From Schmidtea polychroa (taxonomy: Eukaryota), in assembly GCA_044892525.1 (NCBI GenBank), contig CM097885.1, positions 15,440,001 through 15,504,000 on the forward strand: a stretch of DNA of 64,000 nucleotides, read 5' to 3'. This document shows positions 1 through 14,600 of the stretch, piece by piece. Each line of letters starts with the position of its first letter. Position 1 is the first letter of the stretch. The notes beneath the pieces were generated by a model that was not told where the DNA came from, did no database searches, and worked only from the letters and a program-made list of their open reading frames with translations. The position numbers and the translations under genes were made by a program.

Positions 1-59
1 CTTTTATTTGTAACATTGTTGCCAATTTCACCTCCTTGGGGTATCTACTGTAGTAAATC

Positions 60-202
60 AAGGTGGCCTGGGGTTGAAACAGCCTATCACCTGCCCCGAG
101 TCAAATGAGGGTCACATGCAAAATTTCAGCATCTTAGGTCCAACGCTGGGGAATTCTATGGGTAACAAACAAACAAACCAACTTTTATCTTTATATATTA
201 GA
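60..202 (-). mobile_element. Probable 5' end of a non-autonomous Helitron-like element
   Basis: The minus strand reads A|TCTAATATATAAAGATAAAAGTTGGTTTGTTTGTTTGTT. A TC start after A followed by (GTTT)n is typical of Helitron 5' termini. The other end was not identified. Confidence 0.45.
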
Positions 203-372
203 TTTTATTTATTAAAAAGAGCTTGAAGTCTATTGTATTGAAGCTATTGTATCTAATATAGGTTATCGGATGCGATAATTTTATCAATAACATTTTGTAA
301 TTTCCCATAACACAAAATAATTTTCTCTCTGAAACACAATGCTACCTAACTTTTATGTTATCTTTTTAATAG

Positions 373-1696
373 ACAATGAAACCCGTTAAATATCTTTTGG
401 AACTCAAATTATCATATGCCGTGCTGTCAGATCAGGGGTCAGCGAAATTTGATAAAAGCACAAAAGTATTGAGATTGGAACTTCCAATTGAACAGACTCC
501 TAATCAACCGTCGGGTGTCACTGAAAACATATCATTAAATGTTCCAAATAATTTGATAGAAGAATGCCCATCGGATAGTGAGGAAATCGGAGAACAATTG
601 CATGCTGATGCAAGTGTTCTCGGTGATGAAATTGTTGAGGATATTTCGGCAAATTCTAATGTAAATAAAGAGGGCAATGAAAATGTTGATATTGATAGAA
701 TTGGTCATACGGGTCCAGATGAATTAGAAAGGTTATTTATATTTTGTGTTTATTTCACCATTTTCATACAGATTCATTATAAAATCTTGAACAAATTTGA
801 ATTTAATAAACAATCGATTAATAATTAAATCAATTATCAAAAAAAATATTTTATCTTTTTCATCATTGATCTATTTTCATTTTCAATATTTAAGCAAATA
901 TAAAATATGAAACAAAATATTGATTACTAGCAGGAAAATAAATTGATAATCGGATTCTTTAAATTAAAAGAGCATTTCTGGTGTAATTCCTAATGGGTAT
1001 CATATGGGAACTTATAGGAGTTGGTTCGAATTGTCGTTTTCTGATGCAGGAAGGATCCGTAATACGTGATTCACTCTATAATTATATAACAGCAGATTAG
1101 TTATGATTATAATAATATAGTAAATTCGAATTTCTTCAAGGTTATATTAAAAAGTGAAACCCAAGGTTGAAATTCTCGGCATCATTAGCGGAGTTTAAGT
1201 CGTAGACGGAGTTATACCCATTCTAATGCCTTCAGCTCCTAACTTAATCATTCAAATTATTTATTTTCTTTTCAGATTATTCAAAGCAATTGTTGATACT
1301 CATTTTTCTAAAAAAAATTTTAAATAAATACTAAAAAATATCGAATTAACAATTAATTCGTTCATGCATTATTAATAATAATATTTAAATCAATAATAAT
1401 GATATATTATTAATAATATTTGAATCAATAATACTGATATATTATTAATAATATTTGAATCAATAATGCTAATATAGAATTAATAGTATTTGAATCAATA
1501 ATGCTAATATATTAATAATAATAATAATAATAATAATAAAGTGATAATTTACATATTTATATATTTTCAAATATTATTAGATAAAGATCAAAATCACTTG
1601 AAAAAGGCTGTGTCAAAAATTCGTGAATTTCTAAAAACATCGATATCTTTATTGATTCATAATAAATTTTTAATTATTATTATTATTATTATTATA

Positions 1697-1727
<31 letters not shown>

Positions 1728-4129
1728 AATATCAATGATTATTAGTCAATTTTTAATTGTATACAATGCCAATTGAAATGAAATCAGAGGTGAAAATCAA
1801 AAGAATTTCTTATAATAATTATAACAATAATAAATAATAATAATTAATAAAAGTAATTAATAACAATAATAAAAATAATAATAATAATTTGATATAGTTA
1901 TATTATGCTAGAAATATAATGATTGAAATAAATAAAAACTGCATGTAGAAAACTGGCATTACTACCCGCCTGCACTCAGAATTTGTTATACATAATGGTA
2001 TCTTCATTATCAAAGAACTTTTTATTAAAGAACTAGTGCTTTGCAAAGTTCATTTGTCATCTATGTCATGCATAAATATAATATATAATTAACAAAAATA
2101 ATAGAATCTTTAACCTTTTTATGATTTAATTACCAACCATAAATATATGATATAATTGAGATATTTATATGTGACCGACAAGGGGGGTTCGTCCTATAAT
2201 TTAGCCATCGCTTATAGCTACTTTATATATTGATAATAAATGAAAAACTCAAACTTGTTCTGCAAGCCTTGTGCCTTATTGAATTTTAAATAATTGAGAA
2301 ATATAAACATGTGCCTTCTATATGTCTTCTAGTTTATTTTTAAGAGACAAAAAGGTGATAAAGAAATATGCTTATTAAGCGTTTTATAGTTATTTGATCC
2401 AAACTTTGATTTTTCATTTATAAATTCAGCCATAATTGAATCACCTTCATCTTTTATATAGATCATCTGATAATATATCGTCTTTCGTAACTCCTTCCAT
2501 TGAAATGTATCAATCAGAATTTCCAATAATAAGATACCCATTTTTAAAATATCCCCGGCTAGTGAATAAAGTACCCAGCAAATGATAATCAAATGACCTT
2601 GGATATTTCACCAAATCCTCTTCTAATTGTTTTTCTTTATTATAATTGATTTTTTAGCAACTATTTTCCGGATAAAATCTTTGGATTTCTTTCTCACTTC
2701 TTTGTGCTTTTTCACAATTTCACCGATTGATCTGATTCCTTGAATGATGAAGAACTGTTTCCCAGCTCACTTTGATAAATAAAATGAATATATATGTATA
2801 TATATGTATTCGAATTTTTTATATATTTCTTCAAATTCAATAACCGAGACAGTTTTCCTCACACTAATTGATGCCATTAAAAATTCCCTTGATGCATCTG
2901 TAAAATTATCTAAAATTACTGTAATATCCATTTCAAATTATCCAAATTCAACGTAAAGATCGAATGCGAAATAAGTACAAATAAACAAAGGAACAAATCT
3001 AAATTTAATTCTCGAAAAGTTTCCAACTCAATTCCGGATTCATAAATTGAAATCATAAAACTTAAATTAAATGAATGATTAATCACAAATAACACACTGC
3101 ATACACACTCACATTTTTAAAAAATGCACACACATTTCAACACCGAAGATTTGATTGGGTGCATACCCTAAGGAGAGAAATGCTTCAATTCATTTCACAA
3201 CAATAATTAAATTATTATATTTATACATGATATAAATATATAAAAGTTTTATAAAAAAGACGTCGGTTCAAACCAAAACAGCTAAATAAATTGTAATATA
3301 GTTAAGGAATGATGAAAATGTAAAATCAAAATCAAAATCAACCCCTTTACAAAAAAGCATTTTATATTTATGGATATTTTTTTCTTTTCAATTCTTATTG
3401 AATTCTACAAGTTCCAATATGCACAAGTGCCTTAAAATGAACATTTAAATCAATTTCGAACTTTTTCTATTAATTTTCTATTTTTTCATATTGATTACTT
3501 TCAATAAAATTTACCTATAGGATAATTCCGCAAGTAGATTTAAAATTTCGAAACAATTCTACGCATGCGTTCATAGTTTGTAACATTCGAAACATTAACA
3601 AATCCAATTGGAATTACCACTGGGAACAGATATCTCCTACGAAATACCAAGTTATAATAGAATTTTCTAATTGTGGTCAAGGAGGCTGGAAAAATCTTTA
3701 CAAATTGCCTCTAATTGTTGATTTTAAAGATGAAATAACGAATGTGAAAAGTGAAATTCAATGCCAGATATCTGAAGAGAGCATAGTGTGTCAGATACCA
3801 ATTCAGATAAATACGAAATTTGCAGAATCTGTGGGTTTCTCTAATCAAATATTCAGCTGTGTCAGTTTCTCCTAGATATTTATAAAATTATTATTAACTG
3901 CTGATAACAGAAATATGACGATCCGTTCAGATCCTGGGATACAATATATGACGCCGAAATTGATACTGAAATGACTGATAATAGTGAGACCTTTCAAACT
4001 GCTTTCGGCGTCATTAGCACAGAAACTTTGAAAATCATTTGTTCTCCTCTTCAAGCGCCTATTGATATAGAAAAGGAATTCCCGAAGGTAATTGTAATGT
4101 ATAATAAATAATAAATTATAATTATTATA

Positions 4130-4196
<67 letters not shown>

Positions 4197-6033
4197 CACT
4201 ATCATCATCAGGTTACCTACATTCACGAGGAATGAATAACTGTGAATAACAATATTGATAATTTATAAACAAATTAAATCTATAAATTTTTAAATTATAA
4301 ATAACAATTTTAAATAATTGTTTTCAAAAATCATTTTCAACAAACAATTATTTTTCTCTTTTAAAATATCTTTAAAAAAATATTATTTTAATTATTTTTT
4401 TAATTATTTAACATAACTATTATTCAATATACATCAACATACAAAAACTTAATTAAAACATTCAATTCACACGTATTCAGTGCATTCTGCACATTGATTT
4501 TAGGATTAAAAGTTCTTATCAGTAATGCTTCACATGTCACACACTCAAAACAATTATCTAATTTTTTGATAAAATTTTAAAATCCGGCATTCCTAATTCT
4601 CTCATACAGACTTTATTGTAATCCTTAATATTGGACACTCCTTTCGGTCGACAGTGTTCTTGAACTCGAGTACAGAGATGACGGGAAGTCTCTCCAATGT
4701 ACATACATTTTTGTATTTTGAGTGTTATACAGTTAGCATAAAGATTTCGAACAAGAAGCTGTGTATTCAATGTTGTAAGGTGGATTCTAATTCCTGTTTA
4801 TAACTTCGAGTTTGTTAGTGGATTTCAAGTGCTTCTTAGATTGTGTTCAAATCTTGGTTATGAATATCTATGTCATGGGTGTAAGGAGGGATTTTCCTAA
4901 GGAAAAATCAGAACTGCACAAATCGACAAATAAAGTACAATGTTTTAAAAGTAAAAGATGAAAAGATTTTGTTAGAATTTAAAATAAATATATTATATAC
5001 TTAGAATCAAAGTCAGAATTATTTTTTTTGAATTCGCGTTTTTATTTTAGGTTTAAGCTGTTAACCCTTTGAGAACGGGGAATTTCGTCAATTTTTTTTA
5101 ATTTTAAAATATCATTTTTTTAATTTATTTTTTAAATATTTGATCAATTTGAAATTTCTAAGTGAGTGGTATTCAATAAAACATTCAGGAACACACAATC
5201 CAGCATCACAATCCTTGCATTCATACCTTGTATCTTTTCTCTTTTGTTCTCTAATTTCTGAATGTGAATATACAAAACATCTTCTTTGGGCCGCTTTTTT
5301 TGAATTTGATGGTGGTAATAATGTATGGAAATATCTAGCAGTTAGTCTTTGATAAATTGAGGTTCTTCTTGAAGACAACTGCTTGCATTTTCTAAATTTA
5401 TTGTGATTACCATTGTGATGGCTAAAAAACAATAAATTTCTTCTTTATTGGTGTCTTTCCACTTCACTTCGTTTGTTGTTGAATTCTACACTTGGTATAT
5501 ATTTGTTTGTTCGACGATTTTTTCAATTAGATTTTCGTTGAAAAAAAGAAAAAGTAATCAAGCACATCTTCACCTAAATCTCTCTTTCACTATTCTAGTG
5601 TTCGAATTATCAAATCTAAAAATGTTGGGGGTATGCTCACTTCTTCACCATCCTCGATAAACTGATCCTTCTATTGAATTATCTTCTATTTCAGATCCAG
5701 AACTAGAATATTCAAATTCGCTATTTATTTCGATTTCTGAATCAGAATCAGCACCAGCTAAAATGTCGCTAAATTCAAAGGCCATATTTTATTTGATGCA
5801 GTTGCAGAAAAAATTGTCTTTAATATTAAAATACTAAAAACGTGATCTTTAATTTATTTAAACTCAGACGTTTATATACGTTCCCCGGATTTAGTGAAAG
5901 TCAAAAACGTATATATATGTCGGCCGGTCTCAAAGCGTTAATTAATTGACTTACAACTTGTATAATCGTATTATAAATCTTAAGTGCATTAATTGTCAAG
6001 AGTTATTTCTTTAATGTGGGTCTTCCAAATGTG

Positions 6034-6066
<33 letters not shown>

Positions 6067-7513
6067 TATTTAAAAAATCAATAATCTTATATTATAGAAA
6101 CATAAATACTAACTTTGATTTAAGGATTATGAGATACACCTTACACTATCGAAATTTAAAGTGATAGAAAAATTAAATACTACACGCAGACACAACACAT
6201 ACTAAAACACACATGCAAACTTGATATATAAAAATGCGCCACAGTAGTAGGATGTGGGCCATCCAGATCAGGAGCTCCCCGCATCACATATACCCCCTCC
6301 CCCCCCGGGAAAAAAAATTTTTTTTTTTAAAAAATAAAAGGTCAAGGTCAAGGTCATTTTTTTATTAATTTAATTTTTTGTTTTAATTAAGTGATCTGGC
6401 GGGCTCACACTTTTTTTCATCCCAAAAGTTAATGTTCTCGTTAACAGATTTTATTGACCGATACCTCATCTTAAAGCTCAGTCCAAGACCTTTCGAATGA
6501 GCTATAGGTATCTTATATATCTTTAATAGTTTTAATGTTATTAACAATTGATGACCACCATCTTTTCAAAGTTAAATTATTATTATTTGTCAAAATATTA
6601 TTAAGTGATCCAGAGGGCCCCTACTTTTTTTCATCCCAAAAATTAATGTTCTCGTTAACAGATTTTATTGACCGATACCTCATCTTAAAGCTCAGTCCAA
6701 GACCTTTCGAATGAGCTATAGGTATCTTATATATCTTTAATAGTTTTAATGTTATTAACAATTGATGACCACCATCTTTTCAAAGTTAAATTATTATTAT
6801 TTTCCAAAATATTATTAAGTGATCTGGCGGGCTCACACTTTTTTTCATCCCAAAAATTAATGTTCCCATTATCCGAATTTATTAACCGATACCTCATCTT
6901 AAAGCTCAGTCCAAGACCTTTCGAATGAGCCATAGAAGGTATCATCATCATTATTATTAACAAAGAGAATGAGTCACCCAATGACTCACCCAACGATGCC
7001 TAATATTTTTAGAATGATTACGTCATACTTTTAGAACGATGCCTAATATTTTTAGAATGATGCCTAATATTTTTAGAATGATTACGTCATACTTTTAGAA
7101 CGATGCCTAATATTTTTAGAACGATGCTAAATATTTTTAGAACGATGTCTATTATTTTTAGAATGATTACGTCATACTTTTAGAACGATGCCTAATATTT
7201 TTAGAACGATGCCAAATATTTTTAGAACGATGCCTAATATTTTTAGAACGATTACATCATACTTTTAGAACGATGCCTCTTATTTTAGAACGATGTCTAA
7301 TATTTTAGAACGATGCCTATTATTTTTAGAATGATTACGTCATATTTTTAGAACGATGCCTAGTATTTTTAGAATTAATAATTTTGTTTTAATTATCGAT
7401 GATTATATAATTCTGTTTAAATCATTGATTATATAATTCTTTTGTTTTAATTATCGAATACGTAATAATATAATTTTGTTTAAATCGTTGATTACATATT
7501 ATTATTTTCTAAG

Positions 7514-7600
<87 letters not shown>

Positions 7601-7772
7601 CATATATACACCGAGTCTATCCGACAAAATATTCTGTCCCCCTATGGGTACTGCTCACAAGGGTACTGATCACCAGGGTACTGCTCACAATCAACAACTC
7701 GCTAGGGTATTATTAGTATTATTAATAATGACTAAGATATTTTCAAAGAATTATTATTACAACTCCCAAGAA

Positions 7773-7814
<42 letters not shown>

Positions 7815-8084
7815 CATGTATTTTTAGAACGATGACTCATTCGATGACTCATACGATGACTCATAAATTATTATTATTTTCAAAAATATTATTAAGTGGT
7901 CTGGCGGGCTCCTGGTTTTCGTTTGCTCAAAACTTAATGTTCCCACCAACAGATTTTATTGATCTATAGCTCATTTTAAGGCCCAGTGCGAGATCTATCT
8001 ACTGATATATAAATATTATTATCATCATTATTATTGGGAATGATATTAACATCCGCGCGAAAGATGTTATTTTCAAAGTTTTAA

Positions 8085-8155
<71 letters not shown>

Positions 8156-8593
8156 GTTAATGAAAAATCTAAAATATGGTTTACACACACAACCCCTCAA
8201 CCATTATTATTATTATCAATATTAAAAACCTAAAATATTTTCTACACACACACATGCACAACTCATTAACCATTATTATTATCATTATTAGTGAAAACCT
8301 AAAATATTTTTTACACACACACAACCCATTAACCATTATTATTATTATTATCAATATTAAAAACCTAAAATATTTTTACACACACACATACAACTCATTA
8401 AACTTATTATTATTATTATTATTGCAAATATTAGTCAAAAACCTAAAATATTATTTACACTCACACAACTCATTAACCATTATTATTATTGCAAATATTA
8501 GTCAAAAACATAAAAACACTCATAAACCATTATTATTATCAATATTCGTGAAAACCTCAAATATTTTTTACACACATATACAACCCATTAACA

Positions 8594-8635
<42 letters not shown>

Positions 8636-11600
8636 ATTATTATTATTATTAGTGAAAAAACCTTAAATAATTTTTACATACTAAGTTATGGAGTAGAGTA
8701 TTATTATGTTTGCAGTATTCTGTGTTAGCCTTTACATGAAGTTGTCAATAAGGAGCGATAATTTTACACACACATTCTATATACACATACCTTGTTTAAC
8801 ATGGGTGTATATACTCCTAGTCTATCCGACAAAATATTCTGTCCCCCTATGGGTATTGCTCACAAGGGTACTACTCACATTCAACATATCGCAAGGGTAT
8901 ATTAATTAAGGTTAGTAAATAAAACCTATCACACATACTATTTAAACGATAAAAATCAAGACAAGAGAGGACAAGGCAAAGTTTATGCATTTAGTATTGC
9001 CAGGCCTAATGAGCAGTGATCAAATATCTGTGCCTGAAAGACACGGTGGATATTTGTTCGCGTCCACAAGGGTCGTCTGTGCCTCCCCCAAGTGGGGTCA
9101 GAAGAACCTGGGCATTATAGCTTTCCGTACGGAACATTACGCCTAGCATGGGTAGTCAACTACCAGCACATTCGAAACGTATAATTTCAAAATACATGCG
9201 TCATTGGCACTATAACCAAATTAATTAATGTTTTCACTAACACAAATATATATTTACAGAGGCCTCCCACTAGTTGGATTACAACCGCCCACCACGACGA
9301 TCAGTTTGTAAATATATATTAATTAAGGGATAAAGAGGACCCACCCAACCCTATTATATTTAATTTACAAATTTTTCTCGCTCTTCTGCTGGTATTCTAT
9401 CTCAAAATTATCATCTCCATCGGGCCATTTGGAATACATCTTGCGAATTGGACATATTTCTTAGTTTCTGATGTGGTGTCAACTATCATTGCTAAAATTT
9501 ATATTGATTTAAAAGCAATTAACTTACATTATCTAACATTTTATCATCACAGGCTTGATAAATTAGGCAACTGTTATTTGTGGTATACTTTTTCAATGTC
9601 ATTTCCCACCATAAAACACAGATACCTAAATATAATATATATATTTTAAAGAATTAATTCATGTCTTACATTAATAATAATATTCTTCAGGTAGTACTTT
9701 ACAATATCTAATTGCTAAAACATCGGTTTTTCCCATTTTTCTTGACAATCGTTGAAAGTTTACATAATTTAAGTCTGATAATTCATGTTGAAGGACACCC
9801 ACAATCAGCTAATTCATTTAAGAAATCCGGAACTATAACTCCTTTAGTGTTTCACCATTTTGTCTGGTTCATTTTTTTCTATAATTCATGTTTTAATAAG
9901 AAATTTCTAAATCCAGAACATAAGTCATTTAGTGTTTCACCATTTTGTCTGGTTCATCTTCTTCATAATCATATAATTCATTTTCTTCATTACTAAGTAA
10001 AATAATTAAAATATTGTAGTAAATTCTTTATTTACTTACTTTATGGATACTAAAACGAAAGAAATAAAGTTATATCAAAAGTATATTTAAATAAATTAAA
10101 TTTAAATAATTTAATTTAGTTATTTAAAAATATTTAAACAATTTAGTTATTTAAGAATATTTAAACATTAACATTATTATATAGTATAATTTTATATAAT
10201 ATTATAATTTTATGTACACTTATATATCCTTCATTTAATTTTTTAAATTCAAAATTTATAATGAAGATTCTTTGAATTAAAAAATATTCTGTTAGTATTT
10301 CCAGGCAGTAAACAACGAATTCAATAATTAAAATCTTAATTTTCATGTTGTTAGGGTTATGGCCAGAATTTAATCGCCATCTAATCGTTTGTTCTCAATT
10401 TCGCTCATTTTTGTTCAAAACATTCAGGTGAGTTGTTATCTGGAAAGTTTCTTTGAGCTCAGTTTTGTTAAAACACTCACGGTATTTTTGAGGGACGTGA
10501 CACTGGGAATAAATTAACAATGGGTGGTCTTGCATACATGTTGTTGGTTTGAACTGTTGATTTATTTTAGAAATATGTATATTAAAAACATTTAAGGTAT
10601 CATTCAGTAAAATAATATAGTATTTTTGAGTATTTTTAGTTGATTTATAAATAACAGTATTTTGATATATCAATAAAGACCATATACTCCTAGTTTATCC
10701 GACAAAATATTCTGTCCCCCTATGGGTATTGCTAGCAAGGGTACTGGTCACACTCAACAAGTCGCAAGGGTATATTAATCATTTAGAAATTCTTAGGTAA
10801 GATAATCAGAAATTTGTGAATATTTTAAATGTAACTTTACACTTATGTCGAGCGACTAATTTATTGGTTAACTTTTTAGACATTTAAAGCAAAAGGTAAT
10901 TTATTCATCTAATGTTCGTTACAATAGTTAATAATATGAGAAAAACATGGTCATTATTCATTGATAATTTTAAATTCTTTATCATTTAGAGTAAATTTGT
11001 TTGAGGCAAAAATAATTAAAGGAGTCATAATAGAAATATGGTTATCATTTATCCAATTAAGGGGCTTATTAGTTAGAAATATATATTATAAAGTAACAAT
11101 TATTTTCTAATTTAATTAGATGATCATTAGACGTAATATATCTTTGCGAGAAATTTAAAATGTTTGAGTAACCAAAACATGGATATTTTGTGCGATAAAT
11201 TTATGAATATTGGTTAATTTTGTTATTTTTAGTCATTTAAAATAATATTTAGCAAAGGTAATTTAGCAAAATATCATTTATCCACCCGATAACAATATTC
11301 CTTCAAAAGATTAACTGATATTCAACCTATTTAATTTCTAATTAAAATCATAAATTTCCTTCAATAAAGTTAAATTTTCTATAGTTGTCGATTTCCAACT
11401 TTTAAGTCAATATTTCTCAAGTTTTGTCACCGATATCCCCACAATGAATATCCGTCTATAACATGTTAAATAAAGGTAAATAATTTAAAGCAATAACCCT
11501 TGATATCATTCTCAATTAATTCTAAAGATTTCAGATATTTCATTGTCAAAACCAAGTAAATAAACACCTAATTGATCATTAACCCTAAAAGACTTAATAA

Positions 11601-14600
11601 AACAGTGGATAATTAATAAAAAACTGGTTCTAAAACATAAATCTAAATTACTGTGCAATGACATTCATCACAACCTAATAAACCTCTAAAACGATATAAG
11701 TTCACTGGAATTATTATTAATTCATAGCTAAATACTGACTATTTCCTTTGAAAATTTGATATTTTACCAATAAGAACATTGTCGATTTAAATAGAGATTT
11801 CAAAACATGTCCATCTTAACCGATCCCTCACCAAATATTTCTAGCATTTTAAAAACCCCCTTAAAAATCATATATTACCATCTTAACCGAACCTTCACTA
11901 AATCCAACCGACTTTAATATATCAATTCTCTTAAAATCCATGGGAAATCCTTCAAAATATGAATTTTATTTAATTGTTAAAAACATTCTTCCATTGAAAT
12001 AATTTAGTAGCTAAATTCAAAGAGTCCACTAAAAGATCAAAATAAATATTTAACCACATGTATCATCAAATACCTAACTAGAGATGATAATATCTCATTG
12101 ATTGATCATAATTCTTCATCGATTCAACTAATTATAGCCATTACAACATGATATATCTTTCAAACTAAATTTCAGTATATTTTACAATAATTTTCAAGTA
12201 GATTTCAAATATATCATCATCATGAAAAAATTAGCTGGTTTCAACTTTAGATTTTCAATATTTTAAAGTTCATCAATGTGTAAATATTCTTAGAAAAATA
12301 TATGAAAAATTATTTAGTCAAATTATCATTACAAAGTCATCATCAAAATTAATTTTTATTTAAAATTTAAAAACAAGTCAATAAAATATAGCAAATTATC
12401 AAGAAATTAATTAAATTTATCTTAGAATTAACACTAAACCTTAAATATTCTTTCAATTAACATGAAATTCACAAAAAATGTTAGTAAAATCCCGCTAAAT
12501 CTAAAAAATTACCAATGAATTTAATGCTAAATAATAACCAAAAATTTGCCTAAATAAAATCATTAAAACACACCAGTACCTTTACGACCAGTACCCTTAC
12601 GAGCAGTACCAATTGTGAACAGTACCCATAGAGGGAGAAAATATCTTGTCGGATAAACTCAGAGTATATATAATAAAACTAATTAACAATAACTCCATCA
12701 AATTGAATCAGTCAAATTAACACAAATTTTAATAAAAAATCTTATTCTAAAATGGTAAGCAGCATAAAATCGAAAGATAATTTTGATAACACAGAGATAA
12801 AATTAACAATATTATTCTCAGGTGGTAAGAATATTTTATGTTTGAGTCTGTTATCCCTCTATTATCATTGATTACTTGGTGTTTTCATATTTTTATGTAA
12901 AGTGAATGCTGGATATGTGTTCTGACACACTTTGTTTCCTTCTTAACTTTGAGAGATCATTTTGAGTGAAAAGAGTAATGTATCTTAAATTATCTATTAG
13001 AATATTTGCTTTTGAAATATTTAGTGATAAATAGTAAATATAATAATTATTATTTCAATATTAAAGTAGTTAATCAAATTTAAAATATGAATTTATCATA
13101 ATTGCTCAGTCAAATAACATTTGTTATGTATGTTTGTCATTTGTGGATTAAATACTTTATAAAAATAAATTTTTATCCCATTATTAAAATATTTTAATTC
13201 GTTAGTAACTCATATATTAGAAATAATTTTATATATCTTCATCACTTATAGCCCCCGATTTTCCAATAATCCTCCCAACAAATATTTCTTTGAAAATTTT
13301 ATTAAATATTTTTTATTAAAGTGATCATTTTTATAAATTTTATGAATTTCATGAAATAATTTTAAATAAATGCAATTAATAAATTTCCATCTTATCTACG
13401 CCACTTCTCGCTATATTTACATTTACATACCATTAATGAATAATTTAAACACTTATTTTCACTTTTTTGAATTTCATTATTAATTAATCATAGAATAATG
13501 ATGATTCTTACCACCTGAGAATAATATTGTTAATTTTATCTCTGTGTTATCAAAATTATCTTTCGATATTATGCTGCTTACCATTTTAGAATAAGATTTT
13601 TTATTAAAATTTGTGTTAATTTGACTGATTCAATTTGATGGAGTTATTGTTAATTCGTTTTATTATATATACTCTGAGTTTATCCGACAAGATATTTTCT
13701 CCCTCTATGGGTACTGTTCACAATTGGTACTGCTCGTAAAGGTACTGGTCGTAAAGGTACTGTTGTGTTTTAATGATTTTATTTAGGCAAATTTTTGGTT
13801 ATTATTTAGCATTAAATTCATTGGTAATTTTTTAGATTTAGCGGGATTTTACTAACATTTTTTGTGAATTTCATGTTAATTGAAAGAATATTTAAGGTTT
13901 AGTGTTAATTCTAAGATAAATTTAATTAATTTCTTGATAATTTGCTATATTTTATTGACTTGTTTTTAAATTTTAAATAAAAATTAATTTTGATGATGAC
14001 TTTGTAATGATAATTTGACTAAATAATTTTTCATATATTTTTCTAAGAATATTTACACATTGATGAACTTTAAAATATTGAAAATCTAAAGTTGAAACCA
14101 GCTAATTTTTTCATGATGATGATATATTTGAAATCTACTTGAAAATTATTGTAAAATATACTGAAATTTAGTTTGAAAGATATATCATGTTGTAATGGCT
14201 ATAATTTGTTGAATCGATGAAGAATTATGATCAATCAATGAGATATTATCATCTCTAGTTAGGTATTTGATGATACATGTGGTTAAATATTTATTTTGAT
14301 CTTTTAGTGGACTCTTTGAATTTAGCTACTAAATTATTTCAATGGAAGAATGTTTTTAACAATTAAATAAAATTCATATTTTGAAGGATTTCCCATGGAT
14401 TTTAAGAGAATTGATATATTAAAGTCGGTTGGATTTAGTGAAGGTTCGGTTAAGATGGTAATATATGATTTTTAAGGGGGTTTTTAAAATGCTAGAAATA
14501 TTTGGTGAGGGATCGGTTAAGGTGGACATGTTTTGAAATCTCTATTTAAATCGACAATGTTCTTATTGGTAAAATATCAAATTTTCAAAGGAAATAGTCA

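Noticed and set aside
2150..2960. Decayed coding-like sequence, including ORF 2329-2592
   Set aside because: Multiple stops, no recognisable motif and no terminal repeats found.
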